DNA of 39,658 bases from Gemmatimonadota bacterium (GTDB taxonomy: Bacteria; JBHIER01; G020348925): positions 2,144,030 through 2,183,687 of the forward strand of contig CP070758.1 in the NCBI GenBank assembly GCA_020348925.1, in the 5' to 3' direction. Under the pieces are notes generated by a model. It did not search any database, was not told where the DNA came from, and saw only the letters and a list, made by a program, of their open reading frames with translations. Below, piece after piece: positions 1 to 9,179 of this stretch (its first letter is position 1; the number at the start of each line of letters is the position of its first letter). The position numbers were made by a program, and so were the translations under genes.

Positions 1-1278
1 GGACATCAGAACATGCTGCGTACGAGATGTATGCATCGCAGTTACGACGGGACGGCTGGCGGGACCGTAGTGACTGGCGAGGTGAAAACATGACCGGTAA
101 GGTGCGATTGGCCATTGGCAAAGACTGGAAGTTGTCTCTCTCTTCCCTCAACCAGCGCATTCGCAGCCAGACACCAGGGGCTCTTACTCCGGCTCAACTT
201 CAGGAAGACAGAAATCAATCCGTGTTGGATCTTGATCGAGAAGATCAGCGCAGGCATCTCCTTTTTCTCAATGTCGATCGAGAGCATTTCCGGAGAGGCA
301 GAGTCGAGGCCAACCTCTACTTTCAATACAAGGATACGGATATATACCGGACGCTGTTTTTCGAGACGAAGGAACAATCCAAGGAGACGTACCATGTCCG
401 GGCGAGCACCCAGTATAGTACATCCCTCTCATGGAAGGGGATCACGCATCAACTCGTATGTGGCGCCGAAGTGGAATGGGGGAGGATGCACAGCAGGTAC
501 TTCGATCTCCTCTCCGCCGACCGGTTTTCTGAAACGCCTTCGACAAAGGGCCTCGGAGTGAGGAGGAAAGCGGCCTGGTATCTTCAGGGGAAATTTTTCC
601 CGGTGGAACACGTGAGCGCCACATTGGGATTGAGATGGGATGGGATATACGATGATTATGAAGACGAGCTCCGCAACAATTCATCCCTCACATCGGACAA
701 GTCCGCTCTGAGCACGAAGCTTGGCCTCAATTGGAAACCGGATGAGTACGGCCACCTGTATGCGAACCTGGGACGGGCATTCAAGGCGCCCACAATCGAA
801 CAACTCTTCGATCAAAGGCCATTTTACCATGAGTATTTAGGGACTGTTTTCATTTCAAATGCTGCCCTGGAAGCACAGAGTGGGATAAATTATGAGATCG
901 GATTAAGGCGGAGTTTCGGCCCTTTGATGGAGACAGGTCTCTCGTTGTACCAGATGGACATGGAGGATGAGATCGAGTTCGATATGGGCACTCTTCAATA
1001 CGTCAATATAGGGAAGAGTCGACACCGAGGTTTTGAAGGGGAGATAAGGATCCAACCCTTTTCAAGCGCAACGGGTTTTGTCAGTTATACATATTCGGAT
1101 GCCCAGTACAGAACTGGAGGGAACACGGGCAATCAAATCAACAACATACCCAACCATCAGATGACGGTAGGTCTCCTTTACACGAGTGATGTGGGCTTCA
1201 AATCCGGAATCCTCATCCACTCGGTGAAGGACCAATATATGGATGCGGAAAACGAATATCCGCTCGCCGATTACACCA
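1..1278 (+). CDS. TonB-dependent outer-membrane receptor, C-terminal beta-barrel part (partial: open at the window start, cut by the N-gap)
   Basis: The frame is open from position 3 to the gap. It has amphipathic beta-strands and typical TBDR barrel motifs: TLGLRWD, KLGLNW, YANLGRAFKAPTIEQLF, SNAALEAQSGINYEIG, YVNIGKSRHRGFE, SYTYSDA. Confidence 0.85.
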
Positions 1279-1378
1279 NNNNNNNNNNNNNNNNNNNNNN
1301 NNNNNNNNNNNNNNNNNNNNNNNNNNNNNNNNNNNNNNNNNNNNNNNNNNNNNNNNNNNNNNNNNNNNNNNNNNNNNN
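1279..1378. other. Assembly/scaffold gap (100 N)
   Basis: Run of exactly 100 N; the true gap size and the adjacency across it are unknown. Confidence 0.99.
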
Positions 1379-1529
1379 TGATTCCTCGGGTGCCGTTTCT
1401 GAGTATTTTGAGATTGAATCTGCGGTTGTTATTCTGCGAAAAAATGGGTGGAAGTTTCTCAATGGCCAAACTTTTTTTGCGCCTGTGCAATCGGAATAAT
1501 TTCTTTGGTTATCAGTTTTTGATGTTCAG

Positions 1530-1659
1530 ACCTTAACGGCTCACAAAGCGGTTCAAGGGGACGAGAAGATGTCTAATGTAGATTCAAAGATTTTAAAAGC
1601 TAATGTGTAAGATTTAAAGCTCGTCGCTTCTTTGCCGCTTCTGAGCTTTGTCGTTAGGT
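1530..1659. repeat. Imperfect ~130-bp inverted repeat resembling an integron attC site
   Basis: It starts ACCTTAAC and ends GTTAGGT (matches GTTRRRY). The arms TAACG-GCTCA-CAAAGCGG...GACGAG and CTCGTC...CCGCTT-CTGAGC...CGTTAG enclose an AT-rich central loop, and the flanks are AT-rich. Confidence 0.4.
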
Positions 1660-1820
1660 ATTGTATAGATATCTTTTCGTAATTTATGTGAATTTTGGGG
1701 AAATCAGGGAGTTTGGTTAAAATCCGGCACTGTAGAACATCTTTGATAACATTCACTTTGAGAGAGAGGATTAATTTAGTATCCTCCAGGGAATAAGCGA
1801 TAGATTTCTCCACGTGAAAT

Positions 1821-1845
1821 AAAAAATGGCGGCCGGAAGGCCGCC
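1821..1845 (-). terminator. Rho-independent terminator of the DUF4412-like gene
   Basis: GGCGGCC-ggaa-GGCCGCC hairpin (1828-1845) followed on the minus strand by ATTTTTT, about 30 nt after the stop at 1878. Confidence 0.8.
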
Positions 1846-1877
1846 TTTGGAAGGATACGTGTGGCGGACAAAATCCT

Positions 1878-2705
1878 TTACTCGGGTCTGATCATCATAT
1901 TTTCATCTTTTTCCAATCGCAAGCCTTTGGGCAGCTCGAATTCACTATCTTTTAACGAAGTTTTTACTACCTCAGAAACCGTGGTAACGTTCCTCATCGT
2001 GCCCATGCCCATGTTTATGGTGAAGATGGTTTTCATGGGAAAACTTTTGAACGTGTTCATATCCTCACTGGGCTTGTATTTGAAAAGATTCATCTTCTCG
2101 TAGATCGTGAAGAGCTCGCCTCCCAGCTCGTACTCATCCGTCACCCACATCTCGACAAAAGGGTCATCATCAATGGTTACGACAACCTGCTGGCAATCAT
2201 GGCCGCTTATCTTCTCCTTCTTTCCCGTGCGTTCCAGGATCAATTCCCCGGTTTCATCACCACCACCCAACATTTTGGACATCTGGCTGCCCATCATCTT
2301 TTCCACCATGGCCCGTTCTTCGGGAGACATGTCCTTCATCTGCTGCTCCATTTCCACCCGTGCCGCCGCCATCTGCTTTTTGCCCTCTTCGGACATCTTC
2401 TCCATCTGGGCAAAGGTCATTTCCGTGTACGTCGAGTCCTCGACACGAATGTCCCAGACCAATTCCTTATCCATTCGAACAATCGTGATCTCATCCTCGC
2501 CAAGATCGACAATCTTGATCATACCGGGCTTGTAAAAAACCTTCTGCTTCGTTTTCTCAGAACTCTTTCCCGTCATTGACATTTCAGACTCTGAAATCGT
2601 TGTCTGCAGCCAATACCCTTCAAATCCGGCATACCCAGGTGTGGCTAAAAACGAAGCAGCCACGAGCACAACAATACCGACCGCGAACCATCGAACAAAA
2701 CGCAT
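1878..2705 (-). CDS. Exported DUF4412-like protein (275 aa)
   Basis: AAAGGAGG SD precedes the ATG at 2705. It has a Sec signal peptide (MRFVRWFAVG...GYA), the motifs RTGKKEKISGHDCQQ and EMWVT, and a C-terminal EFELPKG typical of DUF4412/GLPGLI-like proteins, plus a Met-rich helical insert. Confidence 0.65.
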   Translation of the reverse strand: MRFVRWFAVGIVVLVAASFLATPGYAGFEGYWLQTTISESEMSMTGKSSEKTKQKVFYKPGMIKIVDLGEDEITIVRMDKELVWDIRVEDSTYTEMTFAQMEKMSEEGKKQMAAARVEMEQQMKDMSPEERAMVEKMMGSQMSKMLGGGDETGELILERTGKKEKISGHDCQQVVVTIDDDPFVEMWVTDEYELGGELFTIYEKMNLFKYKPSEDMNTFKSFPMKTIFTINMGMGTMRNVTTVSEVVKTSLKDSEFELPKGLRLEKDENMMIRPE

Positions 2706-2856
2706 TGACAAACCTCCTTTGGACACAAGTAAAAACCCGCGTATCGTAGAAAAAAGATTTGAATACTCTTGATCATCACAGCGCGCTCTTTAAGTATATG
2801 GAAAAACATGAAGAAAAACAAGAACTGTTTTTCAGTCATGAGATCGATCCAAGTAC

Positions 2857-2883
2857 AAAAGGGAGATCCGACCGATCTCCCTT
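2857..2883 (-). terminator. Rho-independent terminator of the HPF-like gene
   Basis: AAGGGAGATC-cgacc-GATCTCCCTT hairpin with TTTT at its base on the minus strand, about 30 nt after the stop at 2914. Confidence 0.7.
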
Positions 2884-2913
2884 CGTAAACGTATGTATGT
2901 AATAAAAGCCTCT

Positions 2914-3315
2914 TTATGTCACATTGAACTCCTCCTCAAATTCCATCTCCTCTTCCGGAGCGGGTTCAGGGGGCGTTTTTATGGTTTGAGCGCGGCCCTT
3001 CTTCCAAAATTGTTCTCGCCGGAGCTGTGTTCTGTACTTTTCGAATTGCGTAGTGATATCATCAAAAGCCGTATCCAGTGACTCGAGGATCTTATACCCC
3101 TCGTTGGTCGTATGGAGGGTTTTCCTCGGCAGTCGAAGCGTCAGAGTGCATGATTTCAACTCCTTTCCGATGCGTGCCTCGATGACGCCGCTCAACTGAA
3201 CACCATCCTCTGGAAAATGGTTCAACCGACGCTTCAGTTTTTTTACCTCACGGTCGAAACGCTGGCGAATCTCGTCGGTCGAGTCAACGTGCTTGAAGGT
3301 GAGTTCACTGAACAT
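2914..3315 (-). CDS. Ribosome hibernation factor HPF/RaiA (S30AE) family protein with an acidic tail (133 aa)
   Basis: AAGGAGG SD precedes the ATG at 3315. The pattern ELTFKHVDSTDEIR...KKLKR...CTLTLRLP..TLH......LDTAFD.I..QFEKYR fits the S30AE fold. Confidence 0.75.
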   Translation of the reverse strand: MFSELTFKHVDSTDEIRQRFDREVKKLKRRLNHFPEDGVQLSGVIEARIGKELKSCTLTLRLPRKTLHTTNEGYKILESLDTAFDDITTQFEKYRTQLRREQFWKKGRAQTIKTPPEPAPEEEMEFEEEFNVT

Positions 3316-3460
3316 TGACACCTCCTTGTGAAAGTGAAATGAAACTGGGCCTCGCTGTGTATTTCTTATTTTCAATGTTCCAAAGAATTAAACGGAATAA
3401 ACGGCATTTCGTTCCTCTTGAGTAATGACACGATCTTCTGTCAGGATGAATATCACGTTC

Positions 3461-3489
3461 TTGACTTAGGCGATCCATCCTGGTAAGAT
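3461..3489 (+). promoter_or_regulatory. Putative sigma70 promoter reading toward the TPR/DUF362 operon
   Basis: TTGACT (3461-3466), 17 nt, TAAGAT (3484-3489), with a TGn extended -10. Confidence 0.45.
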
Positions 3490-3498
3490 CCAAATCCT

Positions 3499-3527
3499 AA
3501 TGTAATCATTCCGAAAAAGGAATGCAA
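3499..3527 (-). promoter_or_regulatory. Putative sigma70 promoter for the HPF-like gene
   Basis: Minus strand TTGCAT (3527-3522), 17 nt, TACATT (3504-3499). Confidence 0.4.
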
Positions 3528-3766
3528 GAGAATTGTTGCGGAAATGGTACGAAAACGACCCCACCGCTTTCGTTTTATAAGGCGTTACAGTACAATAAGT
3601 AAGATGGAAGAAGGGGGCACAATAAGGATTCTTTTAAAGAAACCTCAAAGGGGGAAAGGCTCATCGCAGCTTCAAAATATCTTGCCAGTATCTCCTTGAC
3701 TTTCGTAGACTAATGACATTATTTTGTTGCATGTCAGGAAGTTGTCCTTAAACGAAAGGGGTCACT

Positions 3767-5200
3767 ATGAAAAATATTGCCGTATATTTTGGGCTGTTTT
3801 TCTTCTTTGCAGCCCACACGATCTGCATGGCAGAACAATTCCAGGAAGCGGAAACGGCCCTGAAACAAAGAGACTTCGATCAGGCGGCGGAGGGCTTCCT
3901 CGGCTTTGTCCGGAGCGAATCCGATCACGAAAATGCGCCTCTGGCTCTCTACACAGCCGCGCGTATTCGTGCCCTTGTCCAGGATCGTCTCGAGGAAGGG
4001 AAAGCCCTGTTTCGCGAACTCATCGATGGATATCCTGAGAACGAATGGGCTTTTTACGGGGCTATGAGGCTGGCTGAGTATGCCATCGAACAGGGGGATT
4101 CACTCCAGGCGGCGAAGGTCTATGAGGAGGTCGCGACTATCGGTGAGACCATCTTCCATCCTGTCACCGATGTCAGTGATGCGCAATTTGGGGCCCTCAA
4201 GAAGTGCGGAGAAACCTACCTCAATCTCCGCCGGTATCATCAGGCCGAACCCTATTTCTCAAAACTCCTGGAAACGAACATCAATGATCGCAGAACCATG
4301 CCCGACGTCTACGCCAAACTTGCCGCCTGCCTCGAAGGTGAGGGGGAAGGAGCCCGGGCCGCCGAAACCTATCTCAAGCTCATTGAAACGTACCCCACTG
4401 CCCGGGAGGCCTGCGGACTGTGCCAGACGAAGGAGAAGATCGATCCGTACGCGTCCTTTGACTGGGAGCCGTACGAATATTTTGTCGAAGGGTACACGGT
4501 CTTTCGAACCTGGCCTTCCAAGGCGGCGAAACATATGATCAATCTGGAAACCATGGGCGGATCACCGGACTTGGTCCAAACCGCGCTCAGACTTCTTCCC
4601 TGGGTCTATTACTATTCCTCCGATTTTAAAAAGGCACGGCAGGCCCATCAGAATTTTGTGAACAGATATCCTGATGATACTGACATCTATGTCCGGTACT
4701 TTCCCATGTATCTGGACTCTTATAAGGAGGAGTTTGAGTTCAAACAATTCCTGACATCTGTCTCCTTTCTTGTTGCCGAAGCCGATACGACGGCGTCCTC
4801 GACTCCGCAGGAGGAATATGTCTCCATCTCCAGAGCAGACGGCTGGAGAGAACTGGATTTAACGCCTCATTACGGTTACTACAACCAACTCCTCTATGTG
4901 GATCGACCTCTGAATCCAACAGATCTGGCGTATATTCGGATTTTCGTGAAGTCTGACAGTGAGCGAAGGACAAATATGGAGGTCGGTAACGACGACCCCT
5001 GGATACTCTGGCACAACGGCAGTCTTCTCGGTGAATTCACAGGAAATCCGGGAAAAGCGCCCCTCGATTTCATCCCCGGGTGGAACGAGATCATGATCAA
5101 ACTGACCCAGCGGGAGGGTGACATGACGGCTACTCTCCGCTTTGTAAATGATGAGGACGAATCCGAACAGGATCTCACCTGCAGCGCAGTAAAGGATTGA
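3767..5200 (+). CDS. Exported tetratricopeptide-repeat (TPR, BamD/CpoB-like repeats) protein with a C-terminal beta-sandwich domain (477 aa)
   Basis: Signal peptide and TPR motifs (ALFRELIDGYP, AAETYLKLIETYP, FVNRYPDD). The C-terminal EVGNDDPWILWHNG...PGWNEIMIKL pattern fits galactose-binding-like sandwich domains. Confidence 0.7.
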   Translation: MKNIAVYFGLFFFFAAHTICMAEQFQEAETALKQRDFDQAAEGFLGFVRSESDHENAPLALYTAARIRALVQDRLEEGKALFRELIDGYPENEWAFYGAMRLAEYAIEQGDSLQAAKVYEEVATIGETIFHPVTDVSDAQFGALKKCGETYLNLRRYHQAEPYFSKLLETNINDRRTMPDVYAKLAACLEGEGEGARAAETYLKLIETYPTAREACGLCQTKEKIDPYASFDWEPYEYFVEGYTVFRTWPSKAAKHMINLETMGGSPDLVQTALRLLPWVYYYSSDFKKARQAHQNFVNRYPDDTDIYVRYFPMYLDSYKEEFEFKQFLTSVSFLVAEADTTASSTPQEEYVSISRADGWRELDLTPHYGYYNQLLYVDRPLNPTDLAYIRIFVKSDSERRTNMEVGNDDPWILWHNGSLLGEFTGNPGKAPLDFIPGWNEIMIKLTQREGDMTATLRFVNDEDESEQDLTCSAVKD

Positions 5201-5227
5201 TATCAACGACACCGCAAGGAGAAAAGG

Positions 5228-6136
5228 ATGGAATTGAAAAATTTGAATCGCCGCCAATTTATTCAGACAGGCCTCATGACGCTGGGGGCCGTCACCTCTG
5301 GTTTGGTAAGACCTCCATCAATACTCAGTCTATCACGCCCGGACTTGACGGTCGCCCACGGTTCCGATCCTTACAAGGCCACGGTCAAAGCCATCAATTT
5401 GCTCGGAGGGATCGAACGCTTCGTCACACCGGGAAAAAACGTCCTCCTGTTCCCCAATATCATCAGCCCCTCACCTCCAGAGTTCGCCATCAATACAAAC
5501 CCGGATGTTGTCAAAGCTGTGGCCGAACTCTGCGTGAAGGCCGGCGGGAACGTTCAGGTCTACCATCACCACGATCCCGGGTACGCGAAGGTCCTTGGTA
5601 TTCAGGACGGTGTCGCGTCCGTTGGCGCCAGGATGGTCCACATGCCTTCATCAGAGGAAGCGGCCGATCGCTATATCGAGGTCCCCGTACCCATGGGTCG
5701 AATCCTCAACAGGATTAAGGTCGCCGATCTTGTTCTGAAGGCCGATGTTTTTATCAATATGCCCATTGCCAAGCACCACGCCGGTTCGGAACTGACCATG
5801 ACCATGAAGAACCTCATGGGAGTGGTCAGCGACGCGAGATCCTACCATTATCTCGGACTTCACGACTGCATTGCCGACGGGGCCACCGCCATTCGCTCCG
5901 ATCTCGTGGTGATGGACGCCACGCGAATTCTCCTGAGCAACGGGCCCAGCGGTCCCGGGGAAACGAAGGTGGTGAATGAGGTCATCGCCTCCACCGACCC
6001 GGTGGCTGTTGATGCCTACGGCGCGTCTCTTTTCAAAAAAGACGTCCGCGACGTGCCCTTCATCACCCAGGCGTACAAGCAACGTCTCGGGGAAATGAGA
6101 CTGAACCTCCTCACTGTCGAGAGGACCGATGCGTAG
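5228..6136 (+). CDS. Tat-exported DUF362 family protein (302 aa)
   Basis: Twin-arginine NRRQFI. DUF362 motifs: LGGIERFV.PG.NVLL.PNI, TNPDVV.AV, INMPIAKHH, TMTMKNLMG, STDPVAVD. Confidence 0.85.
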   Translation: MELKNLNRRQFIQTGLMTLGAVTSGLVRPPSILSLSRPDLTVAHGSDPYKATVKAINLLGGIERFVTPGKNVLLFPNIISPSPPEFAINTNPDVVKAVAELCVKAGGNVQVYHHHDPGYAKVLGIQDGVASVGARMVHMPSSEEAADRYIEVPVPMGRILNRIKVADLVLKADVFINMPIAKHHAGSELTMTMKNLMGVVSDARSYHYLGLHDCIADGATAIRSDLVVMDATRILLSNGPSGPGETKVVNEVIASTDPVAVDAYGASLFKKDVRDVPFITQAYKQRLGEMRLNLLTVERTDA

Positions 6137-7007
6137 ACATTTGATCATACCGGTCCTGTGTCTCTCCTTTCTATGTGCAGCACACCCTCTCTGGTCCGAT
6201 CTTCTGCCGGACACGTTGGGTGATTGGAAGCTGACGGAACGGAAGACCTATCCCGGACAAACCCTCTACGACTACATCAATGGCGGCGCCGATGTGTATT
6301 ACGAATACGGATTTTCAACGGTCGATGTGGGATATTACTCCAAGAGTGAACGAGAGATTCTGGTAGAAGTATACACTATGTCCAGCCCACAGGCAGCCGC
6401 CGGAATCTACTCCTTCTTCAGAAGGTATGACGCTCCTTCACTCCCCGAACCCTATACGGGTAAACTCTATGATTTTCACGTAGAATGCTTAAACGGCAGT
6501 CAGTACATAAAACTGATCAATTACGACTCCCTCGGTGTCGACGAACGTTTGGCTCTTTTAAAGGATCTTACCCCCAAACCGACGCAGGATTTGAATTCGC
6601 TTCGTTTTGATGCGCTCCCTGAGAAACGACTCCAAGGCAGCGAGGTCTATTTCAACGGATTTCTTGCCCTGAAGAATTTTGCGGGACTTGGAAGAAAAAA
6701 CTTCTTCGGAACCGGTGAAAGAGCTGCGGCCTATGGTTGTCTCATTGAAATCGACGGGAAACAGTTCAAATGGGTCACCATCTGCGGTGATTCCCTCCAA
6801 ATCGCCCAAGACTCAGAGCGGTTTCTTGCTTTTCAACGGAGAAATGATTACACGATCGAGGATCATTCAGAATATAGATTGTTGGCGGATCAACTAACAG
6901 GAAATTATGTGGGAATAATTCAAAGAGGAAATTGCCTCCACTTTGTGTTCGGGTTTCGCGACGAAGAGAAAGAAAAGATCATCAACCTTATCACATCTCA
7001 AAAATAA
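6129..7007 (+). CDS. Exported DUF6599-like protein (292 aa)
   Basis: Signal peptide; LYDYINGGADVYYEYGF and VEVYTM...AAGIYS signature; overlaps the DUF362 stop, suggesting coupling. Confidence 0.7.
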   Translation: MRRHLIIPVLCLSFLCAAHPLWSDLLPDTLGDWKLTERKTYPGQTLYDYINGGADVYYEYGFSTVDVGYYSKSEREILVEVYTMSSPQAAAGIYSFFRRYDAPSLPEPYTGKLYDFHVECLNGSQYIKLINYDSLGVDERLALLKDLTPKPTQDLNSLRFDALPEKRLQGSEVYFNGFLALKNFAGLGRKNFFGTGERAAAYGCLIEIDGKQFKWVTICGDSLQIAQDSERFLAFQRRNDYTIEDHSEYRLLADQLTGNYVGIIQRGNCLHFVFGFRDEEKEKIINLITSQK

Positions 7008-7082
7008 GAGCAGGACAATACCCTCGCATTTGCCGCGGCACCTCATAATACGAGGATCGAGGGCAGGCTCATCAACGATTAT

Positions 7083-9179
7083 TTATGTCAACGTTTTTTC
7101 AATCGCGAGAACAAAATTGATCCTCTTTTTCTCTCTCGGACCTATCTTTACCCGCCAATGAGGGAGAAGAGATATGCCCTGATATGTTTTCTCAATGCCG
7201 GATTCCGACTGGGATATTGTCTGCACGGGAAAAATCCACATCTTCGCCTCTTGAGAAAATTGAAATCGTATCTTGAGTTCTTCGGCCTCCCCAGTAAGCT
7301 CGAATTGTGAAGACTTACGAAACGACCGTGGCCGTTTACTCAACTCCGAATGCCACAGTGAAAAGTTGCACTCGCCGCCGAATACGAACTCAATCTCCTT
7401 TCGGCTGGGATTTGTTATAGTATACGTCACTCCAATCTCAGGGCGTCTGGCATGCAGAAGGATGTTTTTTTCAACAGAAACAGTTCTCTTCGCAACATGA
7501 CCTTTTCGCTGAAAGTACAAAATTGCTTCAGTCGGTTTTGACGTATCGATGTTTTTTAAAGTGTATGACTGATCTGTGAAATCTCCCAATTCCCTGTATT
7601 GACCGAGAGAAAATTTTTGAAGTGTGACGTCCTTCCCCAGGAAGTGATCGATCAACATTCCCCGCCGATACGAGTCATACACCAGGAGCTTCTCCAATCC
7701 CTTCTCCTTTGAAACCGTAATGTCATGAATGGATTGAATCTTCCCCTCGGAATGTTTTTTCGGTTCCGGGATTGAAACAAGGTGGCGATGGTACGCTTCA
7801 GGCCGACGGGAAAGCGTATTGGCAAGATTCACGGATCGAGGCCTAAAGTCCCATTCTGTAATCATCCCACCATTGACATCCAAGCAGAGACCGCTGTGAG
7901 GCGTTGAGACGAGTATCTCCTCCTGACCATCGCAATTAAAGTCGAGCCGCTCAACGTCCAACCACATCCTTCTCTTGTGAAGAATTTTATCGGCCAGGGT
8001 CTCGGCCTTGATAAGGTGTTCGTAAATGGCCGAACGGAGATGCCCCAGATAGAGCCCCCCAAAGACACCGTGCCAGTATGCACAGTTGCACTGGGCTCGG
8101 AAAAGCTCCTGCTGTGCCTTTTTCACCTTGACTCCGGTTACTTTTTTACGAGATGCTTTACTGACCTTATCGCTGACGTAGATCATGCGCTTGTGCATAT
8201 GATTGGACTCGGGATATTTTGTCAGAAAATTGCGCCAGTAACCGCCTCTCAGGAACGGTCCGTAGACATCCCCATTGCCCTTATCCTTCACTTCCGTGAG
8301 AATATCTTCAAAAAGGGCTCCCATTTTAGCCGGAAGCGCCCAACCCATCATCTCATCATAGGAGGCGGTCGGAAGATAGACTCTGTCTGCTGGGGGATAT
8401 TTCGAAAGGTACTCCGAAGGGGTCACAAGATGAATCCAATCCCGATGTTGCACAAGAATATTGAAGAAACGTTTCAACCACCCTTGACCGAAGACCCACT
8501 TATGCGTCTCCGGCCAGAGTCCAAACTTTTCGGCGTCATCCCCATAGACCAATAATCTATGCCCATCCCTTGTCGAAACGCGCTTCAGAAAGTATACTGT
8601 CTCATCAACCTCCTGAAAAGGAATGAAGTACCTTAACCTTTTGCTCGAAGGAAATACTGCTATGGCTTTGCCCTGATCTTCCGTCATGAAATAACCGTAC
8701 GTCTTTTCCTCCTCCACTCCGGCATATTTCAGGAAATTTTCATCAATAATCGTGTACGTGACTCCTTTCTCGCCCAAAATGCTTGGAAGGTGAGGTTCCC
8801 AAATTCGCTCCGCGTTCCAAGCACCAACAGGATGAATACCGAAACGTGAGTGGATATATTCCGTCAGGAGAGCTACCTGATTGAGGGCATCGCGCCGAGG
8901 GATTTGAGTCAAAATGGGCTCGTAAAAACCACCGGTCAGGAGTTCAACCTGTCCTCTCGTTACCAGATGAGATATTCTCTCCAAGAGATCGGCACGATGT
9001 TCCTCCAGCCATTCCAGAAGGCAGCCGGTGAAATGGAGAGCCATTCTCACAGCAGGATAGTCCGACAACATTTTCAGAAAAGGGCCATAACACACGTTGC
9101 AGGCTTTTTCGAAAACGTAATCATAATTGCCCACCGGTTGATGGAAGTGAATAACCATCGAAAGATGTATTGATTTCAC
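7083..9179 (-). CDS. Cytoplasmic GH57 4-alpha-glucanotransferase/alpha-amylase (Dictyoglomus AmyA / Thermococcales GTase type, with C-terminal DUF1925/1926-like domains; 698 aa)
   Basis: GH57 motifs HFHQPVGN, GGFYEPIL, WNAERIWEP (nucleophile Glu), YGDDAEKFGLWP (acid/base Asp), AQCNCAYWHGVFGGLY. No signal peptide. The GTG start overlaps the glgA stop (GTGA). Confidence 0.9.
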   Translation of the reverse strand: MKSIHLSMVIHFHQPVGNYDYVFEKACNVCYGPFLKMLSDYPAVRMALHFTGCLLEWLEEHRADLLERISHLVTRGQVELLTGGFYEPILTQIPRRDALNQVALLTEYIHSRFGIHPVGAWNAERIWEPHLPSILGEKGVTYTIIDENFLKYAGVEEEKTYGYFMTEDQGKAIAVFPSSKRLRYFIPFQEVDETVYFLKRVSTRDGHRLLVYGDDAEKFGLWPETHKWVFGQGWLKRFFNILVQHRDWIHLVTPSEYLSKYPPADRVYLPTASYDEMMGWALPAKMGALFEDILTEVKDKGNGDVYGPFLRGGYWRNFLTKYPESNHMHKRMIYVSDKVSKASRKKVTGVKVKKAQQELFRAQCNCAYWHGVFGGLYLGHLRSAIYEHLIKAETLADKILHKRRMWLDVERLDFNCDGQEEILVSTPHSGLCLDVNGGMITEWDFRPRSVNLANTLSRRPEAYHRHLVSIPEPKKHSEGKIQSIHDITVSKEKGLEKLLVYDSYRRGMLIDHFLGKDVTLQKFSLGQYRELGDFTDQSYTLKNIDTSKPTEAILYFQRKGHVAKRTVSVEKNILLHARRPEIGVTYTITNPSRKEIEFVFGGECNFSLWHSELSKRPRSFRKSSQFELTGEAEELKIRFQFSQEAKMWIFPVQTISQSESGIEKTYQGISLLPHWRVKIGPREKKRINFVLAIEKTLT

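Noticed and set aside
1-1278. TonB-dependent receptor as the SusC-like importer of the glucan locus
   Set aside because: It lies across an assembly gap and unrelated genes, has no SusD partner, and its motifs look like a generic siderophore/B12-type barrel.
27-1499. 490-aa ORF running through the N-gap
   Set aside because: Artefact of translating Ns. The sequence after 1378 differs in composition and lacks a TBDR C-terminal strand, so it is not shown to belong to the receptor.
1553-1813. 86-aa minus-strand ORF
   Set aside because: No recognisable motif or SD; it starts just past a terminator and overlaps the attC-like repeat.
7008-7082. Bidirectional terminator between the convergent operons
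   Set aside because: Only an interrupted stem (CCCTCG...CGAGGG) without clear U-tracts; not supportable.
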